Of a DNA stretch of 64,000 nucleotides, positions 12,844 through 23,884 are shown in pieces. The first letter of the stretch is position 1. Each line of letters begins with the position of its first letter. The DNA comes from Selaginella moellendorffii (taxonomy: Eukaryota; Plantae; Lycopodiophyta): contig NW_003314288.1 in NCBI RefSeq assembly GCF_000143415.4, forward strand, positions 882,642 through 946,641, given 5' to 3'. The notes beneath the pieces were generated by a model. It saw only the letters and a program-made list of their open reading frames with translations. It was not told where the DNA came from and made no database searches. The position numbers were made by a program, and so were the translations under genes.

Positions 12844-14349
12844 AGTATGGCGAGGCTAAACAACCATGCTGGGCAATGGCAAACAGATCTTCCATTACGA
12901 TCAGCAGGAGTGATGGCCAATACGTAAAATCCATCCTTCCATGAAACCTTCCTTCTCATGAAACTTGATCCAATTCGCAACATCAATAGGTACTTGATGT
13001 CTGGAGAGAGTGCTGGAACCAATTGGCTCCCTTCGGAGTGCGATATCTCCATCAGGCCCGGTTGGTTTTGGCACAGGAACGAGGCTCCAAAATCCCTGGA
13101 GCAGCTGTTCGACGTTTTCTACAAATCATCCGCCAGGAACTGCTTGCTCCTCCTCAACGTCCCTCCAAACTCGTTGGGACTGATCGACAAATCTGACTTC
13201 CAGACACTGGAGCGGTTTAGCTCTGCCACAGATTCCATCTTCAGAGTCAATTAGCAGCAAATCCCTTGTCCGTGACAGCAAGCAGTGTTCTCAGCTCTTT
13301 GTTCGGGCCGAAGCAAATCCTTGACGAGCGTATAGAAACTTTCTGGGCTCCAATGCAAGGGGAGTCGACCAGCTGGATCGAGCTTGATCTTGGCAAGGTC
13401 TCAAAGTTCAACGCACTGGACATCTGAGAGCCAGTAAACATGGAACAAAGGGTCATGGAATATCTCGTTGAGGCATGGGACAGCGAGCTGGGCTGGTACC
13501 TGGTGAGCAACAGTAGCACCATTGGTTACAGGAAAGTGGATCAACAGGAAGAGGATCAAGTATGCGCTGCTTGCCTCATTCGACTGCTGATTGATGCGTT
13601 GCGGGGAGATCCATTGATCTGCTTCTTTGGGTTGTACTTCAATATGTACAACCTCATGCACTTGTCTTCTATTTAGAAGAGAAACTACAAGAGGATATGT
13701 ATATTTCATGGATACACTTTTTAGGTATGAGAAACATAGCTTTGGGTTGGAAATCCTTGGCCTGATCAATAACAGTCTCTTTGCATCACTCCTAACAGAT
13801 TGGAGCCTAGAGAACAACCAAAAAAAATCAAGAGCCAGCCCTCTACCCTTTGAGCTCATAGAAAGTACCCTTGCATGGAGGTGGCAGCTGGTTAAACTTG
13901 AGAAGTTAGCTTGTCTGGAGGACCTTTTGTTGCTCCTGCTTCCTCACCACAAAATCACACTTGCAAACATGAATAACTATAAAGTGGTGAAGGATTAGTT
14001 TTATGATATGGAAGATTACTTTTGAGTGCTGTTATTATTGAGCTTGAAGAAAGTCCCATCTGTTAAACCATACTTGATAGATAATGTTAAGCATTGGAGA
14101 ACAATAGAGGCTAATAAAGTGTGAGACACAAAATCCCTAGGCCCCAAAGTGGAGCTGGAAAGGGTGCCACGTGGTAGTGGCTGAAGTGAAAGCCAAACGA
14201 GCGTAACATGTTTAGACTAAAAGCTCCGACTTGAAAGGTCGAGAGCGGGAGTGGAACTCCCAACAAAGTGCTCGAGGAACAAGCACGAAGCGAGCAATAA
14301 GCGAGGCTCCAAAAAGGGACCCAAAAAGGACCAACACATGACACATGGA

Positions 14350-14690
14350 AGTGTCTGAGATGGAGTCCGAAGTGGAGTCCGAGATGGAGTCCGAGATGGA
14401 CCGAGATGGAGTCCAAGATGGAGTCCGAAATGGATTGAGACGGAGTCTGAGATGGAGTCCAAGATGGACCCGAGATGGAATCTGAGATGGAGTCCGAGAA
14501 GGACCCGAGATGAAGTCCGAGGTCGAGACCGAGACCGGGACCAAGACCAAGACCGAGACCAAGACCGGGACCGAGACCGAGACCAGGACTGAGACCGAGA
14601 CCAAGACCGGGACCGAGCCCGAGTCCGAGGTGGAGGCCGAGACCGAGCCCAAGTCCGAGTCCGAGTCCGAGTCCGAGTTCGAGTCTGAGA
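14350..14690 (+). repeat. 6/12-bp minisatellite (GAGTCC/GAGACC/GAGTCCGAGATG) inside the LTR
   Basis: Directly visible. Related arrays of different length lie at ~20025-20158, ~46285-46800, ~52080-52330 and ~55920-56470. Confidence 0.9.
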
Positions 14691-14769
14691 GGGTGAAAGC
14701 CCAAAGCATTCGTCTCCCAAACCTTGGGGGGTTTGGTGAGCTCCAAAAGTATAGTAAGGGGGAGGACTG

Positions 14770-14846
14770 CAGTGGAGCCAGTTTGGCCAGTGGAGCCAGT
14801 TTGGCCAGTGGAGCCAGTTTGGCCAGTGGAGCCAGTTTGGCCAGTG
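14770..14846 (+). repeat. 18-bp tandem repeat (agtggagccagtttggcc, about 4 copies) unique to this LTR copy
   Basis: Reads as (SGASLA)n. The other LTR copies that retain this segment carry one unit. Confidence 0.85.
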
Positions 14847-17800
14847 AAGGCCAGTTTGGCCCAGGAAGGCCAGACCCAGTGTTGCGTGATGAACTAACCA
14901 CTGGGAAGTCCAAGACTAGAGTGAACACGGACCAACAAGCGAGGTAGCTTGGTGAAGTGTTCAAGAGCCGGCTCTAGTTCCCCCGGGAGATCGATTGGTT
15001 GATGCTCCCAGTCCAAGTGTGGGTGGCACTACCTACTTGGATACCAGGCATGACTCAATGGAACCTCGCTCTAAGCCCATGGCTAGAGCACCCAAGGGCG
15101 GAAGGCGGGGAAAGTACCTAGGTGGCTCGCGTAAGGCCACGGTGTTCCGAAATGTCGTCCCAAAGGCCCAGACTGTGGAAAGGAAGAGGAGCAGTCCTCT
15201 AGGGTAGTCACCAAGGACACAGTCGTGTGGTGAGGAAGTCCTAGAGGACCGTGGGACTTAGTGGTCGGGCCTGTGGGCCTCGATCCAGTGGCAGTGTTGG
15301 CAAACACGGCCAGGGGTAGAAAGGGACTTGGTAGGAACTGACAAAGGGACTTTGGGGAAGGCAATTCCCCAGGTCTGTGGGCATCCCAAGGATGCTAAGG
15401 AGTGGATCTAGGATGACCCCTCGTGGACAGATGGCCCAGTCTTGGAGAGACGGGATGGTGAAGCAAGTGGTATTGGACCACTAGTGCAGCAAAGGTGAAT
15501 GGGCATGGCCTTAGTGTAACGGGCTGAGATGTCAGTGGTACCTTTGGGTGTCGGTCTTGGGACCGAACATGTGGAGCACTTGGACCAGGTGCAAGTGTTG
15601 AGCAGCATGGATGCCATTTTTGGGGACTAGCAAGTCCCAAGTCCTGAATTGGACTGATGGAGGTTGTGAATGAGACTCCTCCAAGTGGTCGGAGGTGTGG
15701 TTAAATGACTAAAGTAGAATGGAAAATTTAGTCGCTTACAACTTGGTATCGGAGCTATTCCTTAGTCCAACTTTTATTGGTGCTCAAGTATATCACCATT
15801 GATGTTGGCATCGGAAGGTCCTAGAAGTGGGCTTATCCTTGAGGAGTAGCATGTCGAGAGGACATGGGTCTCCACTCAAGTTCATGCATGAACTTCGGCA
15901 CAATGTGGTGGATAGAAAAGGGCCAATAATGGAACGACTTTGGGATCTTGGGAACAGTATAAGGTTTCCTCAGAGAGCTGAGGATGTGATCCAAATGAGT
16001 GTTTGACGCAACAAACGGGCTAACGTAGTTGTGATAAACAACTATAGTTGGGATCACGGGAAAGATAAAGACTCCAAAGCAATAAAGGAGTCACAAGATT
16101 ATCCTCATATAGTTGAGGTTGGTGCTCATGAATGTGAGACCAGAAGTAATGACTGTGGGAGGTCAAATACGGAAGAGGGCTCAAGTCCTTGAAATGGTAG
16201 CCGGGGCTACCTTTAATAAATGCTGGAACAACCCAAGAAGTTGGGGGTGTACTTAGAGATGAGTTGGTATTCTCATCACATGGACAAGTAGTCCTAAGGG
16301 GCAAAGGTTGCCCCAGAGAACAAAATCAAGTGTCAGAGTAACACTTGTGAAAATAGCCCTTGTGAGTGAGGACATGAATGCAAGAAGTGTATTCCAGTGA
16401 GCTAGTGCCCGGCAAGTAGGACCTTACGGGTCTGTGGATTAACCAAGTCCAAAACTGCTGGATGACTCAAGTAGAGTCAAGGAATGGTCCTAAAGGACTG
16501 ATGGAAGCATTTGGACTGAAGTGTGTGGTACCCCACGAAGGATGGGGGGGATCATAGGATCTAAGGATGAGAATAGAAGGTATCTCATCGATGGCAAAAT
16601 GTGCCATGCTAAAGTCGTGGGAAGGGTGTTCCCAAAAAGAAAACAACTTTGAAACAAAGTTGTGTGTGACCTCTATGGTGCAGTGCTAATAGATGGTTGG
16701 CATGAGAAAGAGTGGTATTGGTCTTGGCAAAGACTTAGACACAAAGAAGAAGTGTCATAGAGGTAGGCTCATGGAGCCAATGGTGTGGAGATACCAAATG
16801 TGCCAAGGTGTGATACCTTGAGGCTATGTTAGTGGGTTCATGAGAACCCCTTGCCAAAGGAATCCCAATGGAAATGGAAATGGCATAGCCTAACCTGCAG
16901 AGCATGTAGATGGAGTGTGGTGACCCAAATAATGATGGAGGTGTGGAAGCACCAGCAATGAGTTGTAGGACCTGACAACTATGAGGCAATTAAGCAAGAG
17001 GTGCAAAATAATTGGTTAAACGGGTAGAAGGTAACTACCCAAGCCTTCTTAATGGCATAAGGAAATTGGATATACCCTTACAGGGGATAAGTTGCTTATG
17101 TTGCGATATAGTAAGTCAATGTCATGAAAGGAAATACTCATTATCAAGGAAGCCGTCATTGGGACACCCGAACACTCTAGAACATCAGAAGATGATGTTT
17201 GATGTTGTGAAGGCAATAGATAAGGCCCAAGGGACTAAGTCCCTAGCGAATTATGGATAGAAGGTGCTATCCAAATGTCCAAGGTGGCGGAGACAAGAGA
17301 AAACTGTCTACTTGAATTGGACAAAGCCAAAAATGGAATTTTGGCAAGGCTAGCGATGGGCATGTAAAGGCCCATAAGCAACAACGTAATCTCGGTATGT
17401 GGGATTATAGGGTGAGCATACCTGGATTGAGGAACCACTCCCTAGGCTATCGGGTAGGTTCATCCCTAAGAATACTTGCTAAGGCATGATAGAAAGTGCA
17501 AAGCTATCCTCCTGGTCTGGAGGAGAATGACCGAAGGAAAGGTGTGAAGCCAAAAGCAAGAAGTATGGGGGTAGAACCAAACCATAGGAATCGAAAGGCA
17601 TAACCAAGGTTGGTTATGCCAGCTGGGAGTGGAGAATCAAGTGGGGGCTCGAGGGTGTTGCCGCTAGCAACCGTGATGCCATGGAGAGTCTAAAATATAG
17701 AATTGTCCATGTTAAACTATATGGTAATTGGAAAGCTTGCAAAAAGGGAGGCCTTAGCAAGCTAAGGGACAGAGTTCCTTCAAGGTTCCCAAAGATGATT

Positions 17801-20800
17801 CTAGGTAGCTTAGTACCTAGAAAGGCCAAGCGTAAATGGTTCAAAGAACGCGCGAAATCAGAGTGGCGCAGCAGAAGCATGGTCTTGAAGCTTGCCATGA
17901 GGCAAGGCTATCAAGGTTAGGGAAGTAGTTCCCGAGTGTTCAAAGAGAGGGTTTTGAACGAAAGTCAATGATCAAGGGCTTTCACACTTGTGCAGGAACC
18001 ATGTTACAGTGGTCGGAGGACTTGCCAAAGCGAGATTGGCAAGTCAGGGGAACAAATACCCTAGTTGAAGGTGATAACTTCAAAAAGGGTGGGCCATGGG
18101 GCCAAGCATGGAGGAGTCCATGCATCACAGACTTGTCAAGTGAGAGGAATTGGCAGTGTGGAGGAACTAGGTTCCTAAGCTGTGATCTATAACGCGCTTT
18201 GAGTATAAGTTGGTGCACCGGTGTGGGGAGTCACACCAGGCATCCTGGGTGATGCCGTCCGTAGATGCATATACGGAGGTTGGGTTCGAGTCCCGACCCT
18301 CTAGTGCTTGGGTTCGAGTCCCAACTCACTAGGGCGTGGTGATGGTTTGGAATATGAGGACACTCATTTTTCAGTGGTCATGGACTCTTAGTGTGGAGAC
18401 TGGTTTGGGCACACCACCAAGCGAGGGATGCCTCGGAGTCGTGATACACAGTTAGATTGCTTAGTGTGGCTCAGCATATCTAACTTGAACACTTTGGTGC
18501 CAGTGGCACCAAGGATGTGGTGAATGAGATGGGGACACCCAGTCTCAGTTGCTATAGACCCTTGGCCGGAAGGGCTGGCTTGGGCGCACTGCCAAGTGTG
18601 GGGGATGCCCCCGGGGTCGTAGTTAACAAGTTAAAGGTTTGGAAGACCTAATACCTATTGGCAAACCTATTAAGGTGTCGAGGTGAGATCACTAGGTGAT
18701 CTTGTGGCTAAATAAGGACAAGGTCCTTGTTTGGGCTAAGAAATAAGCTTCCTAGTTCAAAGTGTTGATTTGAACTATTGATGATGGTGTGGCTTGGTCA
18801 AGGTGACCAAGTGGGAAAAGCACATTAGGGAAATGAGCTATGTCATTGCGATGGCATAGTGTGTCCAAGGAAAATAGTGTCTAAAGAGACCTATGGGAGG
18901 GTCACAAAGTTGGGCCGTGGATAGAGCCCACAGCAAAAGATGCTAAAGAAACTTATTAGGGGTGAACTCCCTAGTCTTGGCAAAGCAGAGCCTTTGCTAT
19001 GGAATCAAAAGAATACCTCAAGGAGGGAGGCAGAGATTCAGTGTTGCTTGGTGCAACAATTAACGGATAGGAGCAAAAGATGAGTGGCCAAGATAGGGCC
19101 GTGGAATCCCTTGGAAGGAATCCAAGTGACAAAGTTAGGCGAGAAACAATAATGTGTTGGACGCTAACAAATTGCGGGAAAGGAAGTGTGTTTCCAAGGA
19201 TGGATTCCGAATTGCTCCGATTTGGCGAAAGTGGAAGCTCCAAGGGAGGGAGCAGTAAGGTAGCCAAATGATAGGGCCATGGACAACCCTAGCACAAAGT
19301 ATGATAAATGAAACTTAGTGCCCAAGGTGGCACGAAATAGAAGAGAGGATGATGGTGCCCTCAAGTAAAGAACTTCCTAGGATGGGAAGTGGAGTTGCAC
19401 AATATGTGCAATGCAAGGTGTTGGAGACACCTAAGAAAATTGACTTCAAGAAGTCAAAAGTAAACATTCCAAAGTGCAAAGGTTATATCGATGAAAATTA
19501 AGACTACTCAAGATGGAGTAGTGGGATTGAGATAGAGACGGTGTCTCTAACAAGTTTAGTGAGAACTAAATTAATAAACGGAAAGAACCACCACAAGTGG
19601 TCCAATCAATCTCTAAGTTAGAGAGACTATCCTCCTTAGAGGATGGACAAGGCATGGTGAGCCTTCGGGGTCAAACCATATTGGCCGGGTGCCAAGAATG
19701 GGAATGGTAATATCTGCGAGTGTTACTTTATAAAAGGGTTTACCGTTCGATGAGGACATCGAACTTCGTCTATGGGTGGTGGAGTTGTGAGACACAAAAT
19801 CCCTAGGCCCCAAAGTGAAGCTAGAAAGGGTGCCACGTGGTAGTGGCCGAAGTGAAAGCCAAACGAGTGTAACACGTTTGGACTAAAAGCTCCGACTTGA
19901 AAGGTCGAGAGCGGGAGTGGAACTCCCAACAAAGTGCTCGAGGAACAAGCACGAAGTGAGCAATAAGCGAGGCTCCAAAAAGGGACCCAAAAAGGACCAA
20001 CACATGACACATGGAAGTGTCCAAGGTGGAGTCTGAGGTGGAGTCCGAGATGGAGTCCGAGATGGAGTCTGAAGTGGAGTCCGAGATGGAGTCCGAGATG
20101 GACTGAGACGGAGTCCGAGATGGACTGAGACGGAGTCCGAGATGGACTAAGACGGAGTCGTGTGGTGAGAAAGTCCCAGAGGACCGTGGGACTTAGTGGT
20201 CGGGCCTGTGGGCCTCGATCCAATGGCAGTGTTGGCAAACACGGCCAGGGGTAGAAAGGGACTTGGTAGGAATTGACAAAGGGACTTTGGGGAAGGCGAT
20301 TCCCCAGGTCTGTGGGCATCCTAAGGATGCTAAAGAGTGGATCTAGGATGACCCCTCGTGGACAGATGGCCTAGTCTTGGAGAGACGGGATGGTGATGCA
20401 AGTGGTATTGGACCACTAGTGCAGCAAAGGTGAATGGGCTTGGCCTTAGCGTAACGGGCCGAGATGTCAATGGTACCTTTGGGTGTCGGTCTTGGGACCG
20501 GACACGTAGAGCACTTGGACCAGGTGCAAGTGTTGAGCGGCATGGATGCCATTCTTGGGGCTAGCAAGTCCCAAGTCCTGAATTGGACTGATGGAGGTTG
20601 TGAATGAGACTCCTCCAAGTGGTTGAAGGTGTGGTTAAGTGACTAAAGTAGAATGGAAAATTTAATCGCTTACATAAAGGACCAATGGCCACTTAGGAAA
20701 TGATAAAAGTGAGGATCCATGCAACTTATATGTCCAAACATTGAACTGGTAGTTCTCATATTTAAAAGCTTTGAAAATAAATTAGAACATCTTTTTGCTG

Positions 20801-22071
20801 AAACTGTCAGTCAACATGGAGGTGGCAGCTGGTTAAACTTGAGAAGTTAGCTTGTCTAGAGGACCTCCTGTTGCTCCTGCTTCCTTGCCACAAAATCACA
20901 CCTACAAACATACGTCCAAACATTGAATTAGTAGTTCTCAGATTTAAAAGCTTTGAAAATAAATTAGAATATCTTTTTGCTGAAACCATTGATCAGTCAA
21001 TGTGATGACCATTATTAAAATGTTTTTAATTTTTAAACGCAAAATTATTCTAAATAAATATCAACAATTAAATTATAGAATACAAGGTGTATGACCTGTT
21101 TAGTATTTGCACACATATCAATTTTGTTATATTTATATTCTCTATTTTTCCACAATACCTATCTTTTAAGGCTTCAGTTAAGTTATAGTCATTTACACCT
21201 TTGAGTATTTCTTCAATTTAGGCACTATATTTTTTGTTTGCTTAAGCAAACCAACTGTAGCGCATGTGATCATGGGATGAGATTTGGATATACTGTCACC
21301 GTGGATCCTTGGAACCTTAGGAGATAAATGGGGATAAAATAGCCACTAAGGGCTCTCTCATCAAGCAATTGCCCTTTTTCCAATTTGCTTAAGGGGAGAG
21401 AGATAAGGTGCACTACACCAACATAGGATATACTTGGGTATTCTTGGGTGTTCTTTTGCAAATAGCTTGCAGAAGAAAAGCTATTAAAATAAATATTTGA
21501 TTTGTAAAGAATACTTGATGAATTAAAAATATGAGCTTATATAACACTTTTTCTCCATCTAGCATGTCATAGAGGACAAAGTAGCAATCTATTTAAATTA
21601 TAACTCAATGTAGATTAAAATCACTAAAGGATGATCCTAATGATTCAAAACAACTATTATACTTGTCTCAAAAGGCTAGCAATATTCTAATCTGAATACC
21701 AATCCTGGATTTGGAATGATTCTAGACTGGAAGATTAAAGGGAACTGAAGTATATCTCTAGTTGAGTCTAGTATTCCTAAGAGTTTAAGAATGATTAAGA
21801 ATGTACTCCAATATGTTAGTTTTGAAATTTTTCATATACTTATATTCCATGATATTGGAAGAGAAGGGAATAGATTGGTCATGAAAAATTGAACAAGTGC
21901 TTATTGTCATTGAAGAAGCAATATTGCCCTATACAACAACATTATATATAAAACTTACCTACAAAATAGAAAGAAAGTTTTCAAAGGGACTGGATGAGTA
22001 GGAAATAGCACTTGTGATATTTCTTATTTCCAATTGGGAGAATTGTTTGGGATGTTGAGCATCCCTGATTG

Positions 22072-23880
22072 CTATGCTAGATAATATATTTGATAACATA
22101 TGTCATGAATAAATAGTAAGTAACTTGAAAATGTTTTTCCATTATGACAAGCCCACTTCAAAGATGTAGCAGAAAGCATAACAACTGAAGGTTGAACTCC
22201 CTCTCCAAACCACACATTTTTAATGTTACCGTACTTTAACAAGACACGCTTAATACTCCACTTTATCTCCGAATTCACCTTCACCAAACATGGCATCCCA
22301 AGAATAAGATCCACATGATGAAGATCTGTGAGATAAAAAGTCTCCACAAGTGTGGTTTTGCCAACCAACACTTCTAGCCTTTCTACACAAATATTGAAAT
22401 GTTGAGTAAAGGTAGTTGCACCTTCCACCGTGTATGAATGAACTCCTCGTGTCACCAGGACATGCTCCTCAACAAACTTTGTGGGAACAAAGTTCTTATT
22501 GCTCCCACTGTCCAATAAAATCCATATTGGACCGCCACAGAACATGTCTTTCAACATTAAAGCTGATGCATGAGTGTCTTTAACCTTCATCTTGTTCCAC
22601 ACACAGTTAAGTTGACGAGCAACAATCAAAAGTCTCTTCCTCCAACCGGAATGGTCATCCTTGTCATCCTTGCACTGCAAAGTTTGCAACTTCTTAATAT
22701 CTGATTTTTTATTCCCATCCTTGTGTCCACAATGATCATCACGACGATTCTCAATAAAAGGACTCCTCAAACACTTGTGAGACTTATACTTGTCATTGTC
22801 AAGTCGACAAGCAGCATCAAAGAGTTCTTCCAAACTCTTTATAGGCTAAGAATGACACAAGTGTTGCCGCATGCTCTCACTATGAAGGCCATCAATGAAG
22901 TAAGACTTGTTCTGATCTAGATCCTTCGTTAGAACACGGATAATCAAGCGAGTCAACTTCTCAATATAGTCCCCAAGCTTCATTTTCCCTTGCTGAAAAT
23001 GTCAAAGTCCGGTGTAAACATTCTCCATGTCATAGTGAAGGACGTAAATGGAAAGTAGCCTCAAACTCATCCATCATAGACATTAATGGTTTTTTATCTG
23101 CAGCACAAGACTCCTCAAGCCAATTCCACTACCAAAAACCCGCATCACACAAAACTATTGGAATAGCCACTAAAGCCTTTGCATTTGGAGTTCTTCTAAC
23201 AGCTAAGAACTTCTTCACATTAACTAGCCAAGCTAGACACTCATCCATACCACCATCACTGAAAAACATTGGAATCTTGAATTGATCCACCAAGGAAGGT
23301 TTACTTGGAGTGCCACCACAACTAGCCCCGAGTGCCTCAACACGCTCATGCAAAGTACTCATCATGCTATACATTTTGTTTTGCATCTCTTGCTGATTTT
23401 TATTAAGGGCTTGTAGCTCATGAACAACATCTTCCATGGTCCAAACCTTCACAGCTCCATCGGCACCATCATCGGCACTATCATCAGCACCACCATTGAC
23501 AATAGGATTTTAGCATTCAACTTGGTCGGCCATCACAACCAACACCTTTGATACCAATGTTATGACCTGGCACAAAAAATCAACAATCTAGTCTTTCTAG
23601 ACTAAACTATGCCTCCTCTTAAACCCAACCACCCCTGAACTACCTCAAAAACTCCTCTACACCATCACTCTTAAGTTCCTTACCCTTGAGCCTCCCTTTG
23701 ACCAATGTTGACCATGTGGTCAAAGCTGGCGCCTAACAAATTGCCACACTTTGCTGTAATATATCCCCAACATTAACACTCAAAACATTGAGGTCTTCTA
23801 CCATACCCTTGATCTCCATCCCCAAACACAAGCATGCTTACTATAGTAGTTTCATTATAACCACCTAAAGTAATTGCCAT
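22072..23880 (-). mobile_element. Degenerate Ty3/Gypsy 5' part (LTR end, PBS, gag, protease)
   Basis: LTR end at 23558. PBS as reverse complement cctttgatacca at 23545-23556. Gag-like ORF 23129-23452 and aspartic protease ILLDSGSNKNFV..DLILGMP in ORF 22072-22833. The outer LTR boundary is uncertain. Confidence 0.8.
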
Positions 23881-23884
23881 TTGC

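Larger units (their letters stand above)
4209..13676 (+). pseudogene. Alpha-L-fucosidase (GH29, FUC1-like) pseudogene interrupted by a retrotransposon
   Basis: Motifs MFFHFGVNT, LTVKHHDGFCLWPS, FYLSPWD, VWLDG, DVGPDIQWVGN, WLPSECDISIRPGWFWH and LLLNVPPN. ATG at 4209 with a signal-peptide-like start but an in-frame TAG at 4254. GT-AG intron 4736-4923. Coding resumes at 12844. Frameshift near 13250 and a TGA near 13425 in the C-terminal domain. Confidence 0.9.
14120..20674 (+). mobile_element. Full-length non-autonomous LTR retroelement (LARD-like), copy A
   Basis: TG...CA LTRs at 14120-15740 and 19786-20674, with a perfect 5-bp TSD TAAAG (14115-14119 / 20675-20679). PBS tggtatcggagc (tRNA-iMet type) at 15744 and a purine-rich PPT before 19786. 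The ~4-kb internal region has no ORF over 100 aa and no gag/pol motif that I can recognise. Confidence 0.93.

Noticed and set aside
17390-17480. Faint RT-like words (WDYR, GRFIP) in the LARD interior
   Set aside because: Too short and wrongly spaced to support a pol remnant without a profile search.
18190-18332. tRNA gene or SINE
   Set aside because: There is no acceptor/anticodon cloverleaf, no poly-T or A tail and no TSD. Only the T-arm motifs are supported.
14120-20674. Retrozyme (hammerhead-containing LTR element)
   Set aside because: No CUGANGA...GAAA core with flanking stems was found by eye, and the element is far larger than typical retrozymes. A covariance search is needed to exclude this fully.
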